Source: Patescibacteria group bacterium (GTDB lineage Bacteria; Patescibacteriota; WWE3; UBA101185; UBA10185). Taken from it: 58,268 nucleotides of DNA. This document shows positions 37,421 through 49,721 of the stretch, one piece after another. The notes beneath the pieces were generated by a model. The model saw only the letters and a list, made by a program, of their open reading frames with translations. It was not told the origin of the DNA and made no database searches. The stretch spans positions 1 through 58,268 of the forward strand of contig JAFGOI010000002.1 in NCBI GenBank assembly GCA_016926555.1. Reading direction: 5' to 3'. A program made the translations under genes and the position numbers. Position 1 is the stretch's first letter; each line of letters opens with the position of its first letter.

Positions 37421-39521
37421 AATATGTACCCAAGGATGTACCATCTAAAAAGTATTCAACCGCAAATACTTCATCAGAAACGGTAACTTCCATTAATATT
37501 CTCTCAAAATTACTTTCCGACGGCAATATCACATATTCACTATTTGGCGGTGGATTTGTAATGTGATTTTTTGTGATCCCCACATTTTCGTTCTTTTCAC
37601 CTTCTATATCTCCCCCATTATCTTTTCTATTTAAAATAGAATTATCCCCAGCAACATCTGAATCACCTTCTTTAGATATATCATTCGGATATTGAATTAA
37701 TAATATGTCATACGTCTCTAACATTACATCTCGCCATATAGGTCCAGCACCTGTTACACCGTCTATAGAATACATAGGAGAATGGTCCGAGTTACCAACC
37801 CATACACCAACTGAAAAGTCTCTTTCTAAGCCTTTAGTATAACCAAATGTCCAATTGTCATGCCAATCTGTTGTAGTTCCGGTTTTACTCGCACATGCAA
37901 ATGGCAACTCTAACACGTTATTACGACCAAATCCGAGTACTTTAGCACTACTATCACTTAATATGCTATGCAGTGCTGACGCTATTTCCTCAGACTTGTC
38001 TTCCCATGCTTTTTCACCTGACGATACTTTGTGTTCATATATAGGTATATCATTCTCATCTCTGATCTGCGCAATTGAGTACACATCCTTAAACACTCCG
38101 CCACGCGAAAGAGAAGCATATGCATTTGTTAGTTCAAGTAGAGTCACTTCCCCGCCTCCCAAGGTCACACTTAGATCATATCTATCAGGATTATCAAGAG
38201 ACTTGACCCCAAGCTTTTGAGCCGCGCTAAGCATATCTTCAACCCCGAGCATATCTAACACCTTCACTGCCGGTAAATTCAGAGAACTGGCCAAAGCCAC
38301 TCTAGCAGTTACAGGACCATTAAAAACACCATTATAATTGTATGGCACAAAACTTTTACCGTTTTTATCTATAAACGCGGTTTTCTCATCTAGTATCGTT
38401 GATTCCGGAGTCAATAAACCTCTATAAAACGCCTGGCCATATGTTATTGGTTTTAAAGCCGAACCAGGTTGTCGCGGGCTTATCGCTACATTTACAGCTC
38501 CATCAATTTCCTCATTAAAATAATCCACACTGCCAATCATTGCCAAAATACCCGAGTCAAACGAATCCATTACAACTACAGCCGCATTTGATAGCTTATG
38601 ATCTTCCTGCAAAAAGGCCACATGATCCTGAGCAGATTTTTGAGCTATTCTGGAAATTGACGGATTTAGAGTCGTATAAATATCTAAACCTTCTAGATCG
38701 GAAACTTCATCCTTCACTAGAATCGTTTTAGCTTCCTCCAAAACATAATCAACAAAATGAAGGAACTCCGCATTTCTATTTGTGAAATTCACACCAGATG
38801 GAAATTCTTTGTATAGGTTCAAATCATCCTGCGGTATATAACCATTCTTGTACATAAGATCGAGTATTTCATTACGCCTGCCTACTCCTGCGTCAGCGGA
38901 ATCCTTTGGATTTAGAGCAACCGGGGATCTTATTACCCCTGCAAGTAGTGCTGCTTCAGGTAGAGATAACTGGGAAGCAGGCTTTCCGTAGTATGTGTAT
39001 GCTGCCGCTTCAATACCATATGAATTATTACCCATATATACTGCGGTGAGATATTCGCTTAAGATCCTATCTTTTGAATAAAACACTTCTATGAAAAATG
39101 ATGAATATAGTTCACGGACTTTTCTGATTACTTTACTACTTAAAATCCCCTCGTTAAAAGCCAAGTTGTTTCGCGCAACCTGCTGTGTAATTGTACTTCC
39201 CCCGGATACTATTCGCTTTGCTTTAATATTAAGAATCAATGCTCTCAAAATCCCTAAAGGACTTATTCCAAAATGTTTATAGAAAGAGCTATCTTCCGCA
39301 GATATTACTGAGTATTTTACATACTCCGGCAACTCATCTACTTTAACCGGATTCTGATATCCTTCCAAATCTGTAATGTACTCATAAATTAAATTGTTTT
39401 CCAAATCATATATCCTTATTGAACCCTTATTTTGATTCAGTCGAGATACAGTTATTAATGAATCTATTATAAATACCGATCCAAGAATCAGTAATACTAC
39501 TATGATTATCTTCTTTTTCAC
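37284..39521 (-). CDS. pbpC: Class A penicillin-binding protein, PBP1C-like
   Basis: SAEDSSFYKH, GGSTITQQ, RKVRE (GT51); PGSALKP, SLN, KTGTT (transpeptidase); C-terminal beta domain. Directly upstream of A2M. Confidence 0.85.
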   Translation of the reverse strand: MKKKIIIVVLLILGSVFIIDSLITVSRLNQNKGSIRIYDLENNLIYEYITDLEGYQNPVKVDELPEYVKYSVISAEDSSFYKHFGISPLGILRALILNIKAKRIVSGGSTITQQVARNNLAFNEGILSSKVIRKVRELYSSFFIEVFYSKDRILSEYLTAVYMGNNSYGIEAAAYTYYGKPASQLSLPEAALLAGVIRSPVALNPKDSADAGVGRRNEILDLMYKNGYIPQDDLNLYKEFPSGVNFTNRNAEFLHFVDYVLEEAKTILVKDEVSDLEGLDIYTTLNPSISRIAQKSAQDHVAFLQEDHKLSNAAVVVMDSFDSGILAMIGSVDYFNEEIDGAVNVAISPRQPGSALKPITYGQAFYRGLLTPESTILDEKTAFIDKNGKSFVPYNYNGVFNGPVTARVALASSLNLPAVKVLDMLGVEDMLSAAQKLGVKSLDNPDRYDLSVTLGGGEVTLLELTNAYASLSRGGVFKDVYSIAQIRDENDIPIYEHKVSSGEKAWEDKSEEIASALHSILSDSSAKVLGFGRNNVLELPFACASKTGTTTDWHDNWTFGYTKGLERDFSVGVWVGNSDHSPMYSIDGVTGAGPIWRDVMLETYDILLIQYPNDISKEGDSDVAGDNSILNRKDNGGDIEGEKNENVGITKNHITNPPPNSEYVILPSESNFERILMEVTVSDEVFAVEYFLDGTSLGTYYEKDAFKYLWSPSKGSHTVEAHFKDANLNIIGKESSDFVVRSAES

Positions 39522-39610
39522 AAACTTATATTATCTGAATACAAATTAAATGGCCATACTAAAATCTATGAGTTTGGAACGTATCTAGCATCCGACGTAA
39601 CGATGTGATA

Positions 39611-39668
39611 GGTATTGCGGCGGTATGTGCGCTTTATAGCGTGTATTGTCGTACTGCACCGCGATACT
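39611..39668 (+). other. GC-rich intergenic long hairpin
   Basis: GGTATTGCGG/CCGCGATACT, CGGTAT/GTACTG and TGCGCT/AGCGTG. G-U pairs favour the + strand. Confidence 0.5.
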
Positions 39669-39859
39669 CCGGCAATCTCCTTATAATATATGCTAGCCGG
39701 CAATGTATTTTGAGCTCATATCTGAGAGAACTATGAATAGCCTCAGTCTCATGCCAATTAACCGAACCCTTGACATGGCAGTTTAATCTTTGATTAAATA
39801 TAGAAACAACTTTTCTGGTTCATTGGGAACCAGAACACATTTATCGAAAGGAGCAGCTA

Positions 39860-40057
39860 ATGTCACAAGGCAAGGCAAAAGCAATACAAGAGGGAAAAGT
39901 GCACATCATATGTCGTCAAGCAGGAAAAAGACTAAAGGGCCCTGGACCGAGTGGCCGAAGAAAATACTGGACAGGAACAAGATGGTCCCCGGAGAGGTCT
40001 CAAGCGAAAGAATACAGACGAGGAAGGGAGGCCATGGAGGTGGCCGCTGCCCTCTAG
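39860..40057 (+). CDS. Small basic hypothetical protein (65 aa)
   Basis: AAAGGAG SD 7 nt upstream, TTGACA at 39770, downstream hairpin at 40093-40135. Confidence 0.55.
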   Translation: MSQGKAKAIQEGKVHIICRQAGKRLKGPGPSGRRKYWTGTRWSPERSQAKEYRRGREAMEVAAAL

Positions 40058-40092
40058 TCTAGTACATTATTCGTAGATTGGAGAAAGCCAAC

Positions 40093-40135
40093 CCGCCGAG
40101 TGGCACCATTAATCTATAATGGGATCACTCGGCGG
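40093..40135. repeat. Inverted repeat after the 65-aa ORF
   Basis: CCGCCGAGTG/CACTCGGCGG with inner CCATTA/TAATGG. No U-tract. Confidence 0.7.
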
Positions 40136-40274
40136 CACGGCACAACATAATTTCACATATTTTAATTTACACACTTTATCTAATATCTTAGCCACTCACC
40201 TCATCTTGTAACCCTGATAATACTTCCTGCTCAAAATCGCAAAATAAAGAAAGTAAAGTAGTAAAAACCAAACG

Positions 40275-40300
40275 AAAAAAAACCCCGCTTTCGCGAGGTT
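40275..40300 (-). terminator. Intrinsic terminator of the ncRNA
   Basis: AACCTCGC-GAAA-GCGGGG followed by T8. Confidence 0.85.
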
Positions 40301-40313
40301 ATTTATAATGTCT

Positions 40314-40465
40314 ACCCGATGTGACGTTCCGCTGTTCGGCGATGCTTCCACGCTGGATAAAGGCGGACCCCTGGCAGTACTCCTGGGAGTAGCGCACTAA
40401 GCGAGATCCTCGATTGCTATGTTGAAGGTTATAACCAGAATCCAACTTAAGCGTTCACATCAGGC
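40314..40465 (-). ncRNA. ssrS: Probable 6S RNA
   Basis: Has its own promoter and terminator and no ORF. Rod fold: GCCTGATGTGA/TCACATCGGGT closing stem, CTTC/GAAG, central bubble, GGATCTC/GGGGTCC and apical TACTC/GAGTA. Confidence 0.7.
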
Positions 40466-40471
40466 AACTAA

Positions 40472-40500
40472 ATACTACATCATCACATCCAAAATGTCAA
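40472..40500 (-). promoter_or_regulatory. Sigma70-type promoter of the ncRNA
   Basis: TTGACA-N17-TAGTAT on the minus strand. Confidence 0.8.
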
Positions 40501-40553
40501 TCGTGGGCATAACGGATTTACACCGCTATTAAAGGTAAAAATCCATTTTAATA

Positions 40554-41177
40554 TTAACCTATTGTTAAGCCAAATAATCTCATAAAAAAAGACAGAAATG
40601 GTTCAATTATGTATCCTATATATCTTGTAATTACCAAGAACAATAAAATGTACATTCCATAGGGCTGCATTTGCTGCCATTGAATAGATAAGTTATGAGG
40701 CAAAAGGCCATTTACAATTTTAAAACCATCTAGAGGATGAAAAGGAAGAATGTTAAAAATCCCAAGCATAATATTGTATAAAGCAGTGTAAAATACAAAT
40801 GCACTTACAAAACCAATAGAGCTCCATCCACCCATTAATCTAAAAATTACTGACAATACTCCTGCCAAAATAAAATTCGACATAGGACCCGCCAACGCTA
40901 TTAGAGCGGAATCCCTTTTAGGATTTGCTAAGTTTATCGGATTAAAGGGTACAGGCCTCCCCCACCCAATGCCTGCAAATACGAGCATTAATGTTCCGAT
41001 TGGGTCTAAATGCGCTTTTGGATTTAGAGTTACTCTACCCAAATATCTTGGTGTCGGATCACCTAACTTATCCGCTACATAGGCATGCGCGAACTCATGT
41101 ATTGAGATTGACACAATTAACGCAGAAAGTGTTAATACAAATACTATTGGATTAGAAATAAGCTCCATTAATAACAT
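40554..41177 (-). CDS. Site-2 protease family (M50) membrane metalloprotease
   Basis: HEFAH, GDPTP..GRVTLNP, AGPMSN, NILPFHPLDG. Confidence 0.92.
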   Translation of the reverse strand: MLLMELISNPIVFVLTLSALIVSISIHEFAHAYVADKLGDPTPRYLGRVTLNPKAHLDPIGTLMLVFAGIGWGRPVPFNPINLANPKRDSALIALAGPMSNFILAGVLSVIFRLMGGWSSIGFVSAFVFYTALYNIMLGIFNILPFHPLDGFKIVNGLLPHNLSIQWQQMQPYGMYILLFLVITRYIGYIIEPFLSFFMRLFGLTIG

Positions 41178-41282
41178 GACAATATTATATCAGGTCTACT
41201 TTTATAGAATTGATATACTATCATAATTAGATTTTCCGCTAAATACCTTCCCGAAAGATCTCAAACATGCTAAAATCCCAAC

Positions 41283-41468
41283 GTGAACAAAGTGCTAGAT
41301 TTTATAAAATCAGCAATTAATGAACTGAAAAAAGTACAGTGGCCGTCTAGGAAAGAAACTGTTCGCCTGACTGCCTATGTCATAGGCGTTAGTTTCGGTG
41401 TTGGCTTGTTTGTAATGTTATTTGATTATATATTTAAGGAACTGCTAACCTTAGTAATTACTGATTAA
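41283..41468 (+). CDS. secE: Preprotein translocase SecE
   Basis: ELKKVQWPSRKE plus one TM, upstream of nusG. Confidence 0.93.
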   Translation: MNKVLDFIKSAINELKKVQWPSRKETVRLTAYVIGVSFGVGLFVMLFDYIFKELLTLVITD

Positions 41469-41475
41469 ATAAGGT

Positions 41476-42195
41476 ATGACAAAAAAGAAGAAAAAGAAAA
41501 CTGAAGATACAGCAAAGACTCAACAAGAAGAGGTAATTGAAGAAGTTAGTGAAGAAGAAACTACCAACAACGAACACATGGAAGACACAAATGATGCACA
41601 GGAAGGAGACCAAGAACATAAAAAGAAAGATAAGAAAGATGGTGTAGTTGTTATAAATCCAGATGTGCCCGAAACTGCGCAGTGGTATGTTGTTCACACT
41701 TACTCAGGTCACGAAAATAAAGTGGCGGCTACTCTCAAACAAAGGATAGAAGCCGGCGGATATACTAACAGAATTTTTAAATTATTCATTCCTCAACAAC
41801 AAAAAATAATTGTGTCTGAGGGCAAGAAAAGATCTGTTGAAGAAAAACTCTTTCCTGGTTATTTAATAGTACAAATGCTATTAGACGATGACTCGTGGTA
41901 TATAGTACGATCCACCCCCGGGGTTACCGGGTTCGTCGGAATGGGTTCGACACCCACACCACTACCCGAAGCTGAAGTTAAAGGTTTGATGAGATTCGCC
42001 GAAATGGAAGCTCCTAAATTTGAGGCTAAGTTTAGAGTTGGGGATTCAGTAAAGATAAAGGAAGGACCTTTTAAAGACTTTCTGGGTAAAGTAGATGAAG
42101 TTAATGAAGACCAAGGAAAAGCAAAAGTATTAGTTTCAGTATTTGGCAGAGAAACTCCTGTTGAACTAGACTTTGAACAGATAGTTAGTTTATAA
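41476..42195 (+). CDS. nusG: Transcription factor NusG with charged N-terminal extension
   Basis: WYVVHTYSGHENKV, FPGY, TPGVTGF, KOW motif GPF.DF.G, FGRETPVEL. Confidence 0.96.
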   Translation: MTKKKKKKTEDTAKTQQEEVIEEVSEEETTNNEHMEDTNDAQEGDQEHKKKDKKDGVVVINPDVPETAQWYVVHTYSGHENKVAATLKQRIEAGGYTNRIFKLFIPQQQKIIVSEGKKRSVEEKLFPGYLIVQMLLDDDSWYIVRSTPGVTGFVGMGSTPTPLPEAEVKGLMRFAEMEAPKFEAKFRVGDSVKIKEGPFKDFLGKVDEVNEDQGKAKVLVSVFGRETPVELDFEQIVSL

Positions 42196-42204
42196 TCAAT
42201 CACT

Positions 42205-42651
42205 ATGGCTACAAAAAAGAAAGGCAAAAAAGTAAAAGCAATCGTTAAACTGGCAATAGAGGCTGGTAAAGCTAATCCAGCACCACCGGTTGGACCTGCA
42301 CTTGGCCAACACGGTGTGCCTATTATGGATTTCTGTAAGGAGTTTAACGCGAAAACTTCAAAGATGGGAGCAGATGTTATTCCAGTTATATTAACAGTGT
42401 ATGAGGATAGATCATTCACATTTATTACAAAGACCCCTGTTACTTCTCATCTAATTAAAAAAACTCTAAAGCTAAGTAAAGGATCTGCAATACCAAACAA
42501 ACAGAAAATAGGGAAATTAACACAGGCACAAGTTGAGGAAATTGCGAAAATCAAGATGCCTGATCTAAATACAACTGATATGAATGAGGCCGTAAAAGTT
42601 GTTTTGGGTACTGCAAAATCAATGGGTGTGGAGGTTGCAAATGGCAGGTGA
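42205..42651 (+). CDS. rplK: 50S ribosomal protein L11
   Basis: [34 protein letters not shown]. Confidence 0.97.
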   Translation: MATKKKGKKVKAIVKLAIEAGKANPAPPVGPALGQHGVPIMDFCKEFNAKTSKMGADVIPVILTVYEDRSFTFITKTPVTSHLIKKTLKLSKGSAIPNKQKIGKLTQAQVEEIAKIKMPDLNTTDMNEAVKVVLGTAKSMGVEVANGR

Positions 42652-43273
42652 CAACAAACCAGAATTCCCGATCAAGGAGGGTATTGAATATATTAAAGAC
42701 ACATCCAAAGAAAAGTATGATGCGAGTATTGAAACACATGTAAACCTCACTCTGGAGAAAAATCAAGCCGTAAACTTCTCTATCTCATTACCTTATGGTA
42801 CAGGTAAATCAAAAAAGGTAGCGGTCATGTCACCAACAAAGGTAGCAGCAGCCGATCTTATACTAACAGAAGATGATATAGGTGAAATCGAAAGCGGAAA
42901 GATAAAACCAAAGGTGGATTTCGATGTGCTTATAGCTCATCCCAGTTTTATGCCAAAGATTGCCAAGATCGCCAAGATCCTGGGTCCCGCAGGTACCATG
43001 CCAAACCCTAAAAGTGGTACAGTAACCGAAGATATAGCGGAAGCTGTACAAGAAATCAAAAAAGGAAAGATACAAGTAAAATCCGAAAAAGATGCCCCGA
43101 TTATTCACACCATAATAGGTAAAGTAAGCTTCCCCAACGAACACCTCGTTGAAAACTTCAATGAACTTATTAAGGCACTAAATCAGAACAAGCCTGCGAA
43201 AGCAAAACCAGGCTGGATTAAGAATGTATATATCTGTTCCAGCATGGGACAATCCTTCAGAATCCAAATATAA
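42641..43273 (+). CDS. rplA: 50S ribosomal protein L1 (N-terminally short)
   Basis: [33 protein letters not shown]. Start placed at ATG 42641. Confidence 0.93.
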   Translation: MAGDNKPEFPIKEGIEYIKDTSKEKYDASIETHVNLTLEKNQAVNFSISLPYGTGKSKKVAVMSPTKVAAADLILTEDDIGEIESGKIKPKVDFDVLIAHPSFMPKIAKIAKILGPAGTMPNPKSGTVTEDIAEAVQEIKKGKIQVKSEKDAPIIHTIIGKVSFPNEHLVENFNELIKALNQNKPAKAKPGWIKNVYICSSMGQSFRIQI

Positions 43274-43320
43274 ATCATTTGAAAACCTTAGCGCAAATTT
43301 AGTTTCTAATTGATTATTTC

Positions 43321-43599
43321 TCACAAACCTATATACACATTCACCTCATCAAGTATTGCACTTAGAAGTCCCTTATCTATATCGAACTTCTTCTCGGACT
43401 CTCTACCTTTATCAATAATCACATAATCCTTAATAAGGGTGATGAAATTTGTGTGCTGAGGAAGTACGTCAAACTCACCTTGTTCATTTACAGAAGTCAC
43501 TGTGGCAGCTGTATCTTCATACATAGTCTTTATCCTTGTTTTAATAAGTACCTTTATAGGTGTTGCTTCTTTTCCTAATACCTTTACCGTATTTTCCAT
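43321..43599 (-). CDS. atpC: F1 epsilon-like subunit, beta-sandwich only
   Basis: VTSVNEQGEFDVLPQHTNFITLI, last gene after atpD. No C-terminal helical hairpin. Confidence 0.75.
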   Translation of the reverse strand: MENTVKVLGKEATPIKVLIKTRIKTMYEDTAATVTSVNEQGEFDVLPQHTNFITLIKDYVIIDKGRESEKKFDIDKGLLSAILDEVNVYIGL

Positions 43600-43609
43600 A
43601 ATTGTACTA

Positions 43610-45863
<2,254 letters not shown>

Positions 45864-45866
45864 ACA

Positions 45867-47387
45867 TTATTCTCCTTTATCGCCAATTCTTGGCCTATCT
45901 TTAAAATATTCATTGAATTTCGCTGCATTCTGGCCCATTTTACCTAATAGCGCATTTATATCATCCTCGTCCACAAGTACACTATCAACAAGTGCTTTAA
46001 AACTACTATTAGTGCTATAGTATGAATTACACATCTCTGCAATAATGTTAACGTCATCGTTACTCTCGATGTTAATAATACCTGTCCATATGAGAGAGAA
46101 TACAATTAGTTGAACTTTCATATCATATATCTTACCCATTGACTGATCAAAAAAGGTTAGTAATCTTTCACCCATATTAAGTGTGGACTTAATTCCCTCG
46201 TTTAATTCCGCTCCAAAATGAACAAAACTAAGTGTTTTATTGTACAAAACTAAAAAACTACTAATTTCCCTATTTATGGTCCACCTTAGCTTAGTTTGTG
46301 TCTGCCTACCAACCCTTGTAACTGAAAGGAAATTGTTAAGGGCAGGTCTTCTACCTTCCTTGAAAAGATCTGTATCAAAATACAGATGCCCGTCAGTGAT
46401 TGACATTAAATTAGTCTGAACATACCCGGATATATCTCCTTCAATAGTTTCGGCAACTGGCAAACATGTAATAGACTTTATACCATGCTCCGTCTTAAAA
46501 CATCCCCCTCTTTCCAATAATCTTGAGTGCAGGTAAAAAACATCTCCCGGATAGGAGCTCCTACCAGGAAATCTCTTACCTAAAAGTGATATTTCCCTGT
46601 ACGCCTTAGCATGTGTAGTTAAGTCGTCTAATATAAGTAGAACATCGTAACCAACATCTCTAAAATACTCTGCTAAACTCATCGCAGCATAAGGACTTAT
46701 ATATATTAAACCTAAAGGATCTGATGCCCCAGTAGCTATTATTACAGTTCTATCCACAAAGCCCTTATCTTTAATAAAAGCTTCAACCTTTCGGATATCT
46801 GCCTTCTTTTTTCCTATTCCGGCATATATACAAATCGTATCCCTGGTCGCTTGGGTCAACATTGTCTGAAGCAAAAATATAGTCTTACCTGTCTTCCTGT
46901 CACCAATCACTAGTTCTCTCTGTCCTTTTCCTAGAGGGATCAACAAATCTACTACTGAAACCCCGGTTAGAAACGACTCCGTAATTTTTTCCCTATAAGC
47001 AATTCCCAATGTCTCCCTCTCAAGTGGAAGCCTATCCTCAGCTTTAAATATTGGAGTGTTGGTATAAATAGGATCACCTAAGGGATTTATAGCCATCCCC
47101 AACAATGACTGCGAAACTGATATTTTTAACACCTCGCCACATCTTGACGCCTCTGATCCAATTAATAAAGGATCGTCCGTAAAAAGTAAAACTTCCACTT
47201 GATCTTGATTCAGTGACATTACTTGGCCCATTTGGCCACAATCAAAGTATATAACCTCACCCAACCTCGCGCCGGGGAGCCCACTAATATAGGCAAGTGG
47301 CGGTGTCACCACCTCAACACAACCCACCTCACCAATTTCATCCCTAAATCTTTTAAACTTATCTACGTAAAATTTCTTCGAAGACAT
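45867..47387 (-). CDS. atpA: F1 ATPase alpha subunit (divergent C-terminus)
   Basis: GKGQRELVIGDRKTGKT, DDLTTHAKAYREISL, PGRSSYPGDVFYLHSRLLER, SITDG, SVTRVG. Confidence 0.95.
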   Translation of the reverse strand: MSSKKFYVDKFKRFRDEIGEVGCVEVVTPPLAYISGLPGARLGEVIYFDCGQMGQVMSLNQDQVEVLLFTDDPLLIGSEASRCGEVLKISVSQSLLGMAINPLGDPIYTNTPIFKAEDRLPLERETLGIAYREKITESFLTGVSVVDLLIPLGKGQRELVIGDRKTGKTIFLLQTMLTQATRDTICIYAGIGKKKADIRKVEAFIKDKGFVDRTVIIATGASDPLGLIYISPYAAMSLAEYFRDVGYDVLLILDDLTTHAKAYREISLLGKRFPGRSSYPGDVFYLHSRLLERGGCFKTEHGIKSITCLPVAETIEGDISGYVQTNLMSITDGHLYFDTDLFKEGRRPALNNFLSVTRVGRQTQTKLRWTINREISSFLVLYNKTLSFVHFGAELNEGIKSTLNMGERLLTFFDQSMGKIYDMKVQLIVFSLIWTGIINIESNDDVNIIAEMCNSYYSTNSSFKALVDSVLVDEDDINALLGKMGQNAAKFNEYFKDRPRIGDKGE

Positions 47388-47859
47388 CCTTATTCTCCAA
47401 AAAACGACCCTCTAAGACGTTTTCTAGATCCAAGTTAATAAAGTTTCCTTTCCAACTGACATGTACTCCAGCTCCTATTTCCATATTAACTTTTGTTTGT
47501 ATAAAAAAATGCCCAAATGCACTCTTTCTAAACCACTCAAACAACTGTTCAGAAAATTCGTCAGACGCTTCGAAGGGCAACTCAAGCTTAATTACAGGAG
47601 CACTTACTAAATATTGTCGTAACAAGGTTAAGAAGTCTTTGTACTCAGTTAGGTTCCTTATATCGACTCCCGAGCGGTATATAATGTCATCTAATAGCTT
47701 TTTATGCTCACTTATCTGTATTGTTGTCTCATTTTCCCCCTCTGGCTGCCCCACGCTCAGTATTTTAGCGTCGAGTTCACTTAAAAAAGACGCTATCACT
47801 TTAGATGTCTTTAGTGATAGATGTAACAAGTCTTTAATTTCATTATTTAGCACCTCCAT
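47359..47859 (-). CDS. Putative delta-like subunit
   Basis: Occupies the atpH position. C-terminal IKLELPFE...WFR....IQTKVNMEIGAGVHV.W.G..I.LDL resembles the delta/OSCP C-domain. Confidence 0.6.
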   Translation of the reverse strand: MEVLNNEIKDLLHLSLKTSKVIASFLSELDAKILSVGQPEGENETTIQISEHKKLLDDIIYRSGVDIRNLTEYKDFLTLLRQYLVSAPVIKLELPFEASDEFSEQLFEWFRKSAFGHFFIQTKVNMEIGAGVHVSWKGNFINLDLENVLEGRFLENKDVFEEILRR

Positions 47860-47862
47860 AAT

Positions 47863-48501
47863 TTACACCTCAAACTTGGCACGGGTCTTCGCATCTTCCA
47901 GCAGCCTTAGTACTAATTCCTCATGCTCTTTCATAGGCAATATCCTGCCAAATATGTCGGACATCACTTGAGCCAATATTTTATAAACAGCTCTATCAAT
48001 CTGCGTAATCCTATTGTTCTTATATTCATATAGTTCTTTCTTTATTTCAGCATAGTCAGAATGTACTTGATCATCCACCCTTTTTTGACTCTCTACTGTG
48101 GTTTCCTGAAGTGATTCCTTGAAAACCTCAACCTCAGATGAAATAAGATCAGTATATTTTTTTAACAAGTGCCCCGATACATCTTCTAATGAATGCAGCT
48201 GTTTCTGCGAAATCTGCTCAAGCCTTTCCTGAAGCTTCTTTTTGGTATCGTCATCAAACACTTTGGAATCAGCAATTATTCTAAGGGACTTTAGCCTAGC
48301 TTCATCCAAAATTCTTAGAGCCTTCTCATAGGATTCATCCTCAAGAAAATCTTTTGGTAATTTAGGTAACTTTTTACCAAATCGTCTGCCCTGTTTAGAA
48401 ACATTATTAATCAAAAAAAATAGTAAGGTAATAGAAACGGAAACAATTAAAATTCCAAAAAAATATAGAAATATTTCAGAATAATCGGGCAGTGCTAACA
48501 T
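47863..48501 (-). CDS. Putative b-like peripheral stalk subunit
   Basis: Occupies the atpF position. One N-terminal TM, a long charged coiled coil, and a b-like end (AQVMSDIFGRILPMKEHEELVLRLLE). Confidence 0.6.
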   Translation of the reverse strand: MLALPDYSEIFLYFFGILIVSVSITLLFFLINNVSKQGRRFGKKLPKLPKDFLEDESYEKALRILDEARLKSLRIIADSKVFDDDTKKKLQERLEQISQKQLHSLEDVSGHLLKKYTDLISSEVEVFKESLQETTVESQKRVDDQVHSDYAEIKKELYEYKNNRITQIDRAVYKILAQVMSDIFGRILPMKEHEELVLRLLEDAKTRAKFEV

Positions 48502-48510
48502 GAGTTTAAT

Positions 48511-49308
<798 letters not shown>

Positions 49309-49643
49309 TTAATATTTTTTCTAGTCAAACTTTTTTAACGAATTCTCTAATCAAAATTCTCATTTTTTATACATTACTACATTCAGAACATTATTTCATA
49401 TTCCAACACATTGGACGATGTATATATTTTCGGCTATTTTCCTACGTCGCGTATATTCATTCCTTATCTACTATATTCGCACTATTTACCCCTGCCCATC
49501 ATCCGTCATATATATTCTGCTCAATATAATTATTACTTCTTAAAACAATATGTGGTAGATATTACATCTTTTTCTGCGTAATACATATGTAAATTTTCCA
49601 CACTCGGATTACCACTTTACCCCACTATGACAATAAAAAACCC

Positions 49644-49672
49644 TTGACAAGTATAGTGTGTGAACTTAGACT
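49644..49672 (+). promoter_or_regulatory. Sigma70-type promoter of the giant gene
   Basis: TTGACA-N17-TAGACT, about 50 nt before ATG 49722. Purine-rich GGAAAGG precedes the ATG. Confidence 0.7.
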
Positions 49673-49721
49673 TTAATAGATTACCAAATGCTTCAGTACA
49701 AACATTTGGAAAGGTATACAG

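Noticed and set aside
39790-40062. 90-aa ORF, or rpmG (L33), at this position
   Set aside because: The overlapping 65-aa frame has the SD. Neither frame shows L33 motifs.
41859-42419. 186-aa minus-strand ORF
   Set aside because: Antisense shadow of nusG and rplK.
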